A stretch of DNA of 64,000 nt from Thermoplasmatota archaeon. Its GTDB lineage: Archaea > Thermoplasmatota > Penumbrarchaeia > Penumbrarchaeales > Penumbrarchaeaceae. The notes beneath the pieces are model-generated. The model saw nothing but the letters and a program-made list of their open reading frames with translations. It made no database searches and had not been told where the DNA came from. Of the stretch, positions 28,253 to 38,459 are shown in pieces. The first letter of the stretch is position 1. Each line of letters starts with the position of its first letter. The stretch is from assembly GCA_049472195.1 (NCBI GenBank), contig JBLIRG010000002.1:5184-69183 (forward strand), in the 5' to 3' direction. Both the position numbers and the translations under genes were made by a program.

Positions 28253-31200
28253 TTACTCCTCACCCGTGTCCTTGAAGAATTCCTTCATATCCTTCTCACG
28301 GCCGATCCTGCTCCTGTGGAACACTGCTACCCCCACCAGCACCACGGCCAAAAGAAGCGCGGAGACCACCACTATTATCCACGCATACTGTAAGGGATCG
28401 CCGTCATCCGATCCGTCCGGTGCTGTACCCGAGAGGTACTCTTCAAGGTTCGTCTTCCCATCGTTGTCAAGGTCTCCGAGAGCGTCCGAGGGATCCTTCG
28501 GATTCAAATTGTACTTCTCCTCCCAGCTGTCCGGCATGCCGTCGCCGTCATCGTCATCATCCTGGTTGTCACCTATCCCGTCCGAGTCGGTGTCGTCGGT
28601 CTCATCCGGATCGAGCGGAAAATAGTCGAGGTCATCCGGAGTCCCGTCGCTGTCGCCGTCCACGGTCAGGTCCGGATCGCCGGTATTGAACGACCAGTTG
28701 TAGGCGGACTGTATCTGAACCCCCTTGTACGATTCGATGAGCGGGGAGATCGATACCCTGTACAACGCATTGGGTGAAAGGGGCTGCAGGACCGAACTGG
28801 AGATCGTACGCTGATCTTCTTGGCTCAGGGAAGGGGTTTCGATGGGTATCTCCCTTCCCCTCACATCGGTCAATTTTATCGATCCTTCCGATACGCTGTT
28901 CCCATCGATGGGGATGTCGAACGTTGCGGATATCTGAATCCAGATCCTGTTTCCAAGACCCTGGGGAGAGTATTCCCTTATCTTAGGGGGACCGTCGTCT
29001 GTCATGGTCCTGAACACCATCCGATAGGGACTCGGTTCGCTTATCAGCTCCCCGTCCAGCGGATTACCCTCGATGTCCGTGATCATGGCGCTGATGACAA
29101 GCGTGTACAGGCGCCCGTAATCCAATATGGAATCCGGTAGCCAGGTCAACTTGTAATCATTTTGAGGGAGACCACTTCCGGTGATCTTCAGCTGCTGATC
29201 GTCCAGCAGGTATATCGTGGAGTTTGATACGGTTTCGAGATCCAGTGCTTCGGAGAACGTTATCTCTATCTCGCAGTCGATCTCCGCACTTTCCCTTCCC
29301 CCTTTCACGCTCGCCGTGTCTATCCGAATGAAATTCCTCTGGGGATCCGGGTGATCGACGATTATCGCAGAAGAATATATCGTGAAAGGTTCATTCACCC
29401 CGTCATCTATCGTTCCATTGATGGTGTAGCCGTCCTCCGGAAGACCGCTTGTATTCCAGACGAACTCTCCGAAACCGCCGTTGTCGTCCGAGAATCCGCT
29501 GGTCAGCAGTACCTGATCCGAAGGATCATCCTGATCGGTATCGTAGTAGAGATGGAACTGAGCGTTCTCCTCCTTGTCCGAACAGCTCCATCTTATCGTG
29601 TAGGACTCATCCGCGATATCCGACAGCCCGTCAGGCTCCATGAAGTAGAATGCCGGGGGTGAGTTGGCATCCGTCGTCACATTCAGAGGGATCGAGTATT
29701 CCCTGCTGTTCTGGGAATCCTTGATCATCATTCTGAACTGATATTTCGTGCTGGGTTTAAGATCCGTGAACTTGTATGTCGTCTGATATCTGTCGGATAT
29801 CCTCGCGTCGTTGATGTTGTCGTCCGGGATCGGAGCGATATTCTCCCCGTGGGTCAGGAAATATGCCTGAAAATTGATATCCGGGTTCGCTTCCCATTTG
29901 ACCTCAATCGAATCCCACGTGACAGAACCCGCTTTCAGGACCGGCTTGTCAAGAGGATCCGGGAATGAAACGGTCTTGTTCGATCTGGCCGTGTACGGAT
30001 CACCATCCTCGGCGAAACCGTCCGAGGGATTCGGATCGGTCCTGTAATCAATCCAGAATACCTGGGCCCTGTCCCCCGCTGACAGGACAATGGATGTCTG
30101 TTTGAACATGTTCGCATAGAATATGTCTATCTCCTTGGACATGTTGCCCCAGTCTATGGTATTGTCCACGATATGGTCCTGTCTGAAATATTCCCCGTTT
30201 TTCGTGAGGTAGGCTGTTCTCATCAGGAAGTAATTTCGGCTGTCGATCTCCGTCCATGCAAGCGCAAAGGCATTGTCGTTGAAACCGATCCTGGGGGATA
30301 ATTGGTCCTGTCTCGTGAGATCTCCCTGAATCGCCCTGTATGAATCCGTTATCGATCCGTCCCAAGAGTCGGATCCGGTCCATGCCATTGTATAGACGAT
30401 CCTCCATCCGTCGATGAGCTCTTCCTCCCAGGCAATCAGAAGATCGCCTCCCTTCGAGAATGCCAGGTCAGGATTGATCTGTTTGTTCTCGCCGGGATCC
30501 GGGCTCATCTTGATATTCTCCGAGAAGCTCATGCCCCCGTCCCTGCTGTAGGACATGTAAATATCGCTGTTTCTGCCGGAGATGAACTCCCCGTTCCTGT
30601 AATCCACCCAGACGACAGCGAAAAGTCCGCTCCCGGATACGGCAAGTCTCGGGGACATCTGTGTCTCGTCCGTATCGTCGTCATTGATCCGAACCGGTGC
30701 GGAGAACGACATTCCTCCGTCTGTCGACCTGGCAAACATGATGTCCCTCTGAAACTGGCCTCCGTCAACTCTCTGCCTCTCCTCCACCCAGACGAGACCG
30801 ATGGTCCCGGTCTGCGATACCCGCAGGTAAGGTTCGGAGACCTCTCCCGTCGTCACAGGAACCTTCCAGCTGGCCTGCCAGCTGGTTCCACCGCTTGTTG
30901 AACGGCTCATTCTAATGTGAAAGCCGCCGTCACGACCGTCCAGCCACGCACAGTACAGGTTCTTATCTCCGTCAACCGCAACGCTCGGGTGATCGTTCTC
31001 GTGGCCTTTATCGTCCTCGTCATTCACGATCTTGTCGTTGTTGTTGGCCTCTCCGTCCCCCCAGACCCGGCCGTCCACGGATGATGAGAAGAAGATGTTG
31101 GTCGTCCCCGTTCGCTGATCCGCCCAGACAGCGTAGTATTTCCCGTTCGAATCCACCGCCGCATCCAGGCCCCACTGTTCATCCTGAGCGGGTTCGTCGT

Positions 31201-31324
31201 CCTGTATCAGGTAATTGTCGGGAAAAGCTCCGCTCTTGTGATAAGATGACGGAAGGGATTGAACCAAAGCTGCCGGTATAAGCAACATGGAAGCGATCAG
31301 TATGACGGCCGATAACTTTCTCAT
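28253..31324 (-). CDS. Large surface protein: Asp-box/BNR beta-propeller, Fn3, two SbsA/Big_5-like Ig domains, TSP3-like repeats and TM
   Basis: Asp-boxes SSSVDGRVW, SRSTSGGTSW, ARSTDGGMSF and SYSRDGGMSF. Fn3 YKFTDLKPSTKYQF. ITFSEALD / ATFDIPID Ig units, DSDGDG repeats and a C-terminal TM. Confidence 0.82.
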   Translation of the reverse strand: MRKLSAVILIASMLLIPAALVQSLPSSYHKSGAFPDNYLIQDDEPAQDEQWGLDAAVDSNGKYYAVWADQRTGTTNIFFSSSVDGRVWGDGEANNNDKIVNDEDDKGHENDHPSVAVDGDKNLYCAWLDGRDGGFHIRMSRSTSGGTSWQASWKVPVTTGEVSEPYLRVSQTGTIGLVWVEERQRVDGGQFQRDIMFARSTDGGMSFSAPVRINDDDTDETQMSPRLAVSGSGLFAVVWVDYRNGEFISGRNSDIYMSYSRDGGMSFSENIKMSPDPGENKQINPDLAFSKGGDLLIAWEEELIDGWRIVYTMAWTGSDSWDGSITDSYRAIQGDLTRQDQLSPRIGFNDNAFALAWTEIDSRNYFLMRTAYLTKNGEYFRQDHIVDNTIDWGNMSKEIDIFYANMFKQTSIVLSAGDRAQVFWIDYRTDPNPSDGFAEDGDPYTARSNKTVSFPDPLDKPVLKAGSVTWDSIEVKWEANPDINFQAYFLTHGENIAPIPDDNINDARISDRYQTTYKFTDLKPSTKYQFRMMIKDSQNSREYSIPLNVTTDANSPPAFYFMEPDGLSDIADESYTIRWSCSDKEENAQFHLYYDTDQDDPSDQVLLTSGFSDDNGGFGEFVWNTSGLPEDGYTINGTIDDGVNEPFTIYSSAIIVDHPDPQRNFIRIDTASVKGGRESAEIDCEIEITFSEALDLETVSNSTIYLLDDQQLKITGSGLPQNDYKLTWLPDSILDYGRLYTLVISAMITDIEGNPLDGELISEPSPYRMVFRTMTDDGPPKIREYSPQGLGNRIWIQISATFDIPIDGNSVSEGSIKLTDVRGREIPIETPSLSQEDQRTISSSVLQPLSPNALYRVSISPLIESYKGVQIQSAYNWSFNTGDPDLTVDGDSDGTPDDLDYFPLDPDETDDTDSDGIGDNQDDDDDGDGMPDSWEEKYNLNPKDPSDALGDLDNDGKTNLEEYLSGTAPDGSDDGDPLQYAWIIVVVSALLLAVVLVGVAVFHRSRIGREKDMKEFFKDTGEE

Positions 31325-31421
31325 CTGGAGCACCACCGTTGTAGCGGTTTACAGAAACAATAGCCTCCATAAAACATTAACCGTTCCCTGTGCAGGATGA
31401 GGATATCTAGAGGCAAAGGGA

Positions 31422-33167
31422 TCATTCGGAGTAGTCGATGTGATGAAGAACGGGATGGCCGTCCTCGAGGATCGCCCGGAGGTCATCGTGTGATACGGGT
31501 CTCCCCCTGAAGATGGCCGCCGCCCTTTTCTTTCCTACTCCCGGCAGGGATGTCAGATCTCTGTAGGGAACCCTGTTGACGGGGAAAGGAACGGAAAACC
31601 CCCCGACAGAACGCGAGGATACCGACGTAACCGCCGCATCGATGAAGACTCCCATATCGACCGAGTTGCCTATGCCCACAAGGATCGGATATGATCCCAC
31701 CTGCCTTCCGAAATGGACGTTCCCGAGCGAGGCCTCCATGAAAACGCCCTTCAGAACGGAGTATTCGGGCAGCATCCTTCTCAGAAAAAGAACGTCGAGG
31801 TCGTTTCTGACCTCCTCTTTGAACTTCCGGAACGCTCTTCTGATCGATGCGTTTTCCCATTTTGGCCTTGGACGGCCCCCACTGTCGGGATACAGGGCGG
31901 CTCTGATATTGATCCTGCGGACCATCAGGCCCCTGTCGTAAATATCACACAGGAATGCGGTATCCCCGGCGAAACTCCTTTCGGTCTGCCCCGGAAGTGC
32001 CCCCAGGAAGTTAATGCCCGGGAGGATTTTCGGCATTCCGTTAATACCCCTGTCCCTCCCGATCCCGTTGATGATCTCGACCGCCGTCATCGCCTCGTCC
32101 GGTCCGGAATTCAGGTTGTTAATTTCCCGCACTTCAGGATCGGTGGATTCCAATCCCAGCGCCAGCACCGATCCGGGACTCCCATATCGTGCAATATGAC
32201 CGATGATCCGGGCGGATTCTTCGGGATGGGCTGCGATCACCGATGGATTGGCGTTATCGGTATGTATTATTCCGCAGTCAATATCCAGCCTCAGACCCCT
32301 TGAAATGGCCTTCTTCATTTCCGGGCCCCCATGCAGGGCGTCCCGCACCCCGCGGAACAGATCCCCGATCGCATCCGGGTCCGGGACGGGTGTCTCGGAC
32401 AGACCCGCTTCGGGCGACATGTAGGAGATAAGATCGGACTGCCCGCCGATCCTGATGTTGAGGACACCTGCCTCCGCAAGGTATGAGACCTCCTCGATTA
32501 TATCCGCGGGCTCCCGGAACTGTATCGGGCCTTTCCCGGGTTCAATGCAGAAGGAGCACCCCGCGGATATGTATCTCACACAGCCCCTGGCTATTTCTAT
32601 CTCGCAGATCAGCGGGGATGGATTATCCGGGTGAAGGCCGGCGATGAAGGCGCCCCGGATCAGATGTTGGTTCCACTCTGATCTGTTCCTGTCCCTTCCC
32701 TCAATCCTTCCGGTACGGGAAAACGATTCGGCGATCACACCGGGATCGCCTTTCGGTGCATCCACATGGTCTGATTCCACGGCCGATCCCCCGCCTCCGA
32801 CTAAAATCAGGATTGCGTCCCCGATTTCCGACTCAAGCTCGATGACCTCCCTCCTGGATATCGGCGTCCCCCGGAGGTATTTTCCCGGAACGAGACATCC
32901 CATCACGCAGAAAACGGCCTCCATCTTCGGATCGGACAGAGATTTCCCCTCCCCTCTCAGGTACCTCCATTGATCGACCGTGATATATCCGATATCGTCA
33001 TGATCGGCCCCGCCGCTCACAAGGCCTCCCGCCACTGATCTGACCATGGGGGACAGGTATGGTGGAACTCCCAGTGATGCCGGCTCGTCCACGTAGCCGT
33101 CGAGTATCAGATATCTCCGATCCGTATGATGCCTGCTAGATATCTGCCGGGCCCTCGGTCTGTTCAT
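31422..33167 (-). CDS. Archaeal radical SAM enzyme with C-terminal helix-hairpin-helix (COG1031-like)
   Basis: ILDGYVDEPASLGVPPY N-terminus, RGC-x7-CSFC cluster motif, RRINIR and LPGVGKKRA HhH. Confidence 0.85.
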   Translation of the reverse strand: MNRPRARQISSRHHTDRRYLILDGYVDEPASLGVPPYLSPMVRSVAGGLVSGGADHDDIGYITVDQWRYLRGEGKSLSDPKMEAVFCVMGCLVPGKYLRGTPISRREVIELESEIGDAILILVGGGGSAVESDHVDAPKGDPGVIAESFSRTGRIEGRDRNRSEWNQHLIRGAFIAGLHPDNPSPLICEIEIARGCVRYISAGCSFCIEPGKGPIQFREPADIIEEVSYLAEAGVLNIRIGGQSDLISYMSPEAGLSETPVPDPDAIGDLFRGVRDALHGGPEMKKAISRGLRLDIDCGIIHTDNANPSVIAAHPEESARIIGHIARYGSPGSVLALGLESTDPEVREINNLNSGPDEAMTAVEIINGIGRDRGINGMPKILPGINFLGALPGQTERSFAGDTAFLCDIYDRGLMVRRINIRAALYPDSGGRPRPKWENASIRRAFRKFKEEVRNDLDVLFLRRMLPEYSVLKGVFMEASLGNVHFGRQVGSYPILVGIGNSVDMGVFIDAAVTSVSSRSVGGFSVPFPVNRVPYRDLTSLPGVGKKRAAAIFRGRPVSHDDLRAILEDGHPVLHHIDYSE

Positions 33168-33242
33168 CGGACCCCGAGTGGTGCACGACCCTATTTACCT
33201 GTTGCCGGCAACAGTTAATAACGCACATCAGAATTCCGGACC

Positions 33243-33938
33243 ATGAGAGTCCTCGACGGCAGCGGGATCCTTTACATTCATACCCTTCTCTACCGTCATT
33301 TCGGTGATCCCGGCTGGTGGCCGGGGGATACTCCTTTCGAGGTCGCTGTGGGGGCCGTCCTGACCCAGAACACGTCATGGGTGAACGTCGAGCGGGCGAT
33401 CGGACGGATGAAAGACATGGGAATTCTCGATCCGTTATCTGTTCTTGAACACCGGGAGGATATTCCATATCTGATCAGATCGGCGGGTTATTACAACCAG
33501 AAATCGGGGTATCTCATCGGCTTGTGCGAATACCTCGTCGAGGGATACGGAGGGGATATCAGCCGCATGTCGGAGAAGGGAACGGAACGCCTCAGGTGGG
33601 ACCTTCTTGATCTGAAGGGAATAGGGAGGGAGACGGCCGATTCGATTCTCTGCTATTCCCTGAATCGTCCGGTGTTCGTTGTCGATTCATACACGAAACG
33701 GGTATTCGAAAGGCTGGACCGGGATGAATACGCTGAAATATCGGAGGGACCCGGGGCCGAATACGATAGGATAAAGGACCACGTCGAGATTTCCCTAAAG
33801 GGAGACAATCTTCTGTATAACAGGCTCCATGCGCTGATCGTTTACCTCGGCAAGGGCATATGCAGGCCGAAACCGCTGTGCGGATCATGCCCATTGAACA
33901 CATCATGCGGAAGTTATCTCCATGCAGATGATCGCTGA
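33243..33938 (+). CDS. Endonuclease III-related HhH-GPD protein with 4Fe-4S motif (COG2231-like)
   Basis: WWPGDTPFEVAVGAVLTQNTSW, LKGIGRETADSIL, FVVDSYT and CRPKPLCGSCPLNTSC motifs. Confidence 0.88.
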   Translation: MRVLDGSGILYIHTLLYRHFGDPGWWPGDTPFEVAVGAVLTQNTSWVNVERAIGRMKDMGILDPLSVLEHREDIPYLIRSAGYYNQKSGYLIGLCEYLVEGYGGDISRMSEKGTERLRWDLLDLKGIGRETADSILCYSLNRPVFVVDSYTKRVFERLDRDEYAEISEGPGAEYDRIKDHVEISLKGDNLLYNRLHALIVYLGKGICRPKPLCGSCPLNTSCGSYLHADDR

Positions 33939-34023
33939 CATCTGAGGAAGGAGTCCGGGGAAATTGGAATATAGGGGAAGATTATTATCAAACCCCATAT
34001 ATGACCCGGGAGGGAGATCACCC

Positions 34024-34449
34024 ATGCCAGTTATCAAGACGGAACTTCTGAATGTGGAGGCCAAAAGGGCCGGATCGATGGCCAAGCGGATCAATATGAG
34101 GATCGACAACAACTCGTCCGTCACCCTGATCTCCCTGGTGGAGGAGGACGAGGCCAGGGTGGATTTCAGGTACACAGCGACATACAGCGGCGTGGGAACG
34201 ATAGGCATCGAGGGCCGTCTCTACTTCAAGGGCGATGCCCGGGAGCTTCACGATAAATGGTCCGAGACCGGCAACATGCCGGATAATATCGCATCGGAGA
34301 TCCATACCTCCATCATGCAGACATGCATGCCGGTCGCAGTTCTTCTGAGCCGGGAGGTCAAACTTCCCCCCCCAATACCCATGCCGCAGGTCCAGGTAAA
34401 GGGGAAGCAGAAGAAGAAGCGGGAATCCTCCGGGATCGAGGTCGCCTGA
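34024..34449 (+). CDS. Conserved archaeal hypothetical protein, possibly SecB-like fold
   Basis: Beta-rich N-half, then a helix and the SREVKLPPPIPMP C-terminal motif typical of a widespread euryarchaeal/DPANN family. SD GGGAGG. Confidence 0.65.
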   Translation: MPVIKTELLNVEAKRAGSMAKRINMRIDNNSSVTLISLVEEDEARVDFRYTATYSGVGTIGIEGRLYFKGDARELHDKWSETGNMPDNIASEIHTSIMQTCMPVAVLLSREVKLPPPIPMPQVQVKGKQKKKRESSGIEVA

Positions 34450-34552
34450 TATCGATCCCACCCGATCCATCTCGCCTCATCGAATCATCACGCTTGCACC
34501 TGTGTATATTTTAGCCAAATCCTTAATATTCAACTAGTTCAATATAAACAAT

Positions 34553-37500
34553 GTGATCCGTGAAAGGATAATGCTGGCATCGGTATCTGTCATGCTGCTG
34601 TCCCTATCGCTCGCCGTCATGCCCGTGGAGATCGAAGCGGAAGCAGATATCACTTCCGTCCCCGGTCTGGACAGGGCAGTTGAAACGATGCTCGCCCGGG
34701 CATCGTTCATAACCGGGAGCAGTCCGTATCCCATCGACGGGACCAGGATTCTATCGGATGCGCTGTCGGGCAGGATATCGTATATGGGATTCAACGATGC
34801 CAATCCTCCCCCCTCAAACTGGAACCTGCAGTATTCCGGTACCTATTGTGACATTTACGTCGCCCAGGGAGAGACCGTTCCCTCATCGAAACTGGAATCC
34901 CTGGCGGATGTTTTCGATGTCAGGATCTATCCGAACGTAACGGAATGGTTCCATCCAGACAGCCCTCCATCGAAGATAGATTTCAAGCTGTACGATTTCG
35001 GGGACGGGGTCGGGGGGGTGGCAGGCTTCTTCATAAGATCCATCGCAACAAGGGATGAGCTCTACGTGGATACGGAGGACATCGATTATTCCCATGAGAT
35101 AGTTGCCCACGAGTTCCAGCATCTCCTCCATTACGATCTCGATTTCAACGAGGACACGTGGCTTGACGAGGGCATGGCAGACCTGGCTATCAGGGTATCA
35201 TTGGGTCCGGGAACACCCGCACTCCAGAGCCATATCGACGCTTTGGAGATGTACCCCGAGAACGATCTGATAAGATGGGACGAGGGAGCGCCTCCGGATT
35301 ACATTGAAACCATTGCGGACTACGGAAGGGCATATTCCATGATCGCATATCTGGCCGATCATTACGGCGGATCGGATTTCATATCGGACCTGGCAGCGGA
35401 TCCCAGAAACGGCATAAGTTCCATTGATTCCGTTCTGTCGGACTGGGCGTTTTCCGACACGCTTTTCGACATCCACCTCAAGGAGAGGATGGCCGATGTT
35501 GTTGACGATCCCATCTTCGGAGGCGGAATATTCGATCAGGGATTGATGGACATCGAAATAACCACCAGGAACGGGAGCACCGGATCCTATCCATTCGAGC
35601 ATGCGGAATACTCAACAAAAAGATACGGGCTTTATACCTATCGATTCACGGACGGATCATCCGGCCTCGCCTTCAAATTGAACTCAACCGCCTCGGTATC
35701 CGCGACCCTTGTCGGTACATCCGGGGGAGAGTCCGTCTGGTCCGCCAACATGACATCGAGCAACGGCATCAGCGAGATGGAGCAGCTTTCCGGTTTCGGA
35801 ACGGAATACGATGTCCTTTATGCCGCAGTATCCACCCCGGTAAAGGACGAGTGGTTCGAGGTCAGCGTGGAAAATGTGGTCGTCGAACCTCCCGTAACAG
35901 ATATCACGATACTTCCGGCCGACCCGGACGGCAACAACGGCTATTACGTGACCCCCCCCTCGATAGTCCTGACCACCCGGGCCGAGTCCCGCGTTTACTA
36001 CCGTTTCGATGAGGGAGATTTCGAGGAGGTGGCCGGAACGATAACACCGCCGGAAGGGATTCATGACCTCGAGTTCTACGCGCTGGATCCCCTGGGGCCG
36101 AAGGAGGCAACCAGATCTGTCAGGATAATGCTTGACACGATCGCTCCCTTCACGGAGATCAACGTGGTTCCCGACGAACCGGACGGTAATGGCGGATATT
36201 ATGTCACCCAGCCGAAGGTGTCGCTCCAGTCCCTGGACGGGGAGAAAATCTATTATGATATCGGCGCGGGGCCGGTCGAATACGATGAAACACTGAGCCT
36301 TCCGGAAGGAATATACGACCTGAACTACTGGTCCGAGGATCTGGCAGGGAACGTAGAGGATGTTAAGTCCAGGGAGTTCAAGGTAGTTCTGACAACTCCT
36401 GAAGCAGGGATAGAGGTCACGCCGGAGGAACCGAACGGCGATAACGGCTACTACACCGAGGAGGTCTCGGTAAGCCTCTTCTGCGATCACGGGGAAGCCT
36501 CCTTCTACAGCCTGAACAAGGGCCCCTTCATGGAATATGATGAAACGATCATCCTTGGCGACGGGATATGGGACATCGAATATTACGGGCTGGGGCCTTC
36601 AGGTTACAGGTCGAGTTCAAAATATTACACCGTTAGGGTGGACACGACCATCCCGTCAATCGGCTACCGCACGGAGCCGCCCCTTTCCGAGGGGTGGCAG
36701 TCCGAGGCGACCTACCTGTATCTGGAAACCGATGATCCCGATGCGATGATCTCGTATACCTTGGATGGATCGGATCCGTACGAATATACACAACCCGCGC
36801 TTCTCAACGACGGTGAATATATCGTGACCTACCAGGTGAAGGACAGGGCGGGGAACGTGAGATCGGGAGATCCGATCCGGGTCAGGATAGACGGGACCGC
36901 TCCCAGGACGGTTCTCACCTTCGATCGTGAACCCGATTACGACCTGTGGTTCTACGGCGGCATCCCGTCGCTGACCTTCGAGTCCAGGTCCAACGTCATC
37001 TCTAAGGAGACGATCTATTATTCACTCGAAGAGGGTGATTTCCAGGTGTTCTCAGGTCAGGATATCGATCTCGTGCCGGGGGTGAACACCATCAGATATT
37101 ACGGCGTCGACCAGGCGGGGAACACGGAGATCGCGAGAACCACCGTAATAGGGATCGATTTCTCCACCCCAGTAGCGGCAGTCAGCGCAAACAGGACATT
37201 TACGGACGGTCCGGGTCCGATATTGTTCTATCTGGATGAATCCAGAGACGATAACGCCATCCAGGCCTACAGGGTGTTCTTCGGGGACGGGACTGACTCG
37301 GGATGGATCCTCAGCCCGCAGGTGTCCCATAACTATACCGCATACGGATCTTACACGGTCCGGGTCCAGGTGAGGGATGTCTCGGGGAGGGTGAGCGAGG
37401 AGGAGGCGCAGATTGAGGTGGAGATCCTCACGCATGATGAATACCTCGAGCGGATACGGGAAGACAATACACCATGGGTAATACTGACCGTTGTCGTATT

Positions 37501-37612
37501 GGTCCTTCTCCTTTCTGCGGTCGCTGTTCTGGTGGTGATGATCATCCGGAGGAACCGGACCGTTGAGGTAATCATCCAGGACGATGAGGATGCCGAGGAC
37601 TGGGATGCATAG
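34553..37612 (+). CDS. Membrane-anchored secreted zinc metallopeptidase (M30/InhA-like) with five ~85-aa Ig-like repeats and a PKD domain
   Basis: Signal peptide; AHEFQHLLH...WLDEGMAD zincin motif. Repeats P.T.I...P..PDG.NGYY, PKD VFFGDG, C-terminal TM. Confidence 0.82.
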   Translation: MIRERIMLASVSVMLLSLSLAVMPVEIEAEADITSVPGLDRAVETMLARASFITGSSPYPIDGTRILSDALSGRISYMGFNDANPPPSNWNLQYSGTYCDIYVAQGETVPSSKLESLADVFDVRIYPNVTEWFHPDSPPSKIDFKLYDFGDGVGGVAGFFIRSIATRDELYVDTEDIDYSHEIVAHEFQHLLHYDLDFNEDTWLDEGMADLAIRVSLGPGTPALQSHIDALEMYPENDLIRWDEGAPPDYIETIADYGRAYSMIAYLADHYGGSDFISDLAADPRNGISSIDSVLSDWAFSDTLFDIHLKERMADVVDDPIFGGGIFDQGLMDIEITTRNGSTGSYPFEHAEYSTKRYGLYTYRFTDGSSGLAFKLNSTASVSATLVGTSGGESVWSANMTSSNGISEMEQLSGFGTEYDVLYAAVSTPVKDEWFEVSVENVVVEPPVTDITILPADPDGNNGYYVTPPSIVLTTRAESRVYYRFDEGDFEEVAGTITPPEGIHDLEFYALDPLGPKEATRSVRIMLDTIAPFTEINVVPDEPDGNGGYYVTQPKVSLQSLDGEKIYYDIGAGPVEYDETLSLPEGIYDLNYWSEDLAGNVEDVKSREFKVVLTTPEAGIEVTPEEPNGDNGYYTEEVSVSLFCDHGEASFYSLNKGPFMEYDETIILGDGIWDIEYYGLGPSGYRSSSKYYTVRVDTTIPSIGYRTEPPLSEGWQSEATYLYLETDDPDAMISYTLDGSDPYEYTQPALLNDGEYIVTYQVKDRAGNVRSGDPIRVRIDGTAPRTVLTFDREPDYDLWFYGGIPSLTFESRSNVISKETIYYSLEEGDFQVFSGQDIDLVPGVNTIRYYGVDQAGNTEIARTTVIGIDFSTPVAAVSANRTFTDGPGPILFYLDESRDDNAIQAYRVFFGDGTDSGWILSPQVSHNYTAYGSYTVRVQVRDVSGRVSEEEAQIEVEILTHDEYLERIREDNTPWVILTVVVLVLLLSAVAVLVVMIIRRNRTVEVIIQDDEDAEDWDA

Positions 37613-37652
37613 GAAATCGAATTATACCAGCGGTCAATGTGGGCCGCGGTGA

Positions 37653-38123
37653 TCACTCTTCATTCTCATCCGGCATCAGGGATCTCTCCAGGTCCCAAAG
37701 ATCCCTCTTGATCGACGATGCAATCCTGGCCTTCAGGATCGCAAACAGTATCATATTGATGAAGGATCCGAAGGTCCCGATCAGGACAGATCCCAGGAGC
37801 CCGTTTATTCCGTATCCCTGGAGAACCAGGAGGGAGAGCAGGAAGAACTCCACGAAGGAAACGGTGGCAGATGAGAAGTATCCGTACCAGTCCAGTGTGA
37901 TCTTGACCTTCTCCTTCTCCTTGTTCATGTCGATATCTATCTTCACCTTGCGGTACAGGCCGGATAGGATCATCTGGAGGTTGTTGCGCCTCGCCTCGAT
38001 CTTCCCGTTTATCCTCTCGTAAGTTTCGATATTGAAGCGGTGCTCTATCAGCCTCTCCTTGATCGCCTCCATGACTGTGGAGGTATTGAGATGGCGTGTC
38101 TTCCTGACGATCTCGTCCTGCAT
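37653..38123 (-). CDS. Hypothetical membrane protein (2 C-terminal TMs)
   Basis: Starts 1 nt after the stop of 38125-38457 and has two hydrophobic segments. Confidence 0.7.
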   Translation of the reverse strand: MQDEIVRKTRHLNTSTVMEAIKERLIEHRFNIETYERINGKIEARRNNLQMILSGLYRKVKIDIDMNKEKEKVKITLDWYGYFSSATVSFVEFFLLSLLVLQGYGINGLLGSVLIGTFGSFINMILFAILKARIASSIKRDLWDLERSLMPDENEE

Positions 38124-38124
38124 T

Positions 38125-38457
38125 CTATTCCTCTTTTTTTCCGAAGAACGGGATTCTCTTCTTGATGGATTCCATCCCTTTCATTGCAGACAGCTCCACC
38201 ACATCTCCTTCTCTGACCCTCAATTTCTCCATGTCCTTCTGCCGAAGAGATATCAGACCGGAATGGATGATATCGTCCGCAACCAGTCGAAGAACCCGGT
38301 TTTTCTTCTTGAACGTGACAAGTACGGTCTTTCCCTCGACCAAATCAGGAAGATCATTCAGGACTCCATTGTTAACGCGCGCGATCCCGGAGCCGGATAT
38401 CGGGCTTCTCTTAACCTCAAGTGAGACGGTCGTCGCTTCATCTTTTTCATCTGCCAT
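38125..38457 (-). CDS. Stand-alone double-psi beta-barrel (CDC48/VAT N-domain-like) protein
   Basis: GSGIARVN...EGKTVLV and GLISL...MEKLRVREGDVVEL match the duplicated GD-box pattern of CDC48_N. No AAA domain. Confidence 0.7.
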   Translation of the reverse strand: MADEKDEATTVSLEVKRSPISGSGIARVNNGVLNDLPDLVEGKTVLVTFKKKNRVLRLVADDIIHSGLISLRQKDMEKLRVREGDVVELSAMKGMESIKKRIPFFGKKEE

Positions 38458-38459
38458 AT

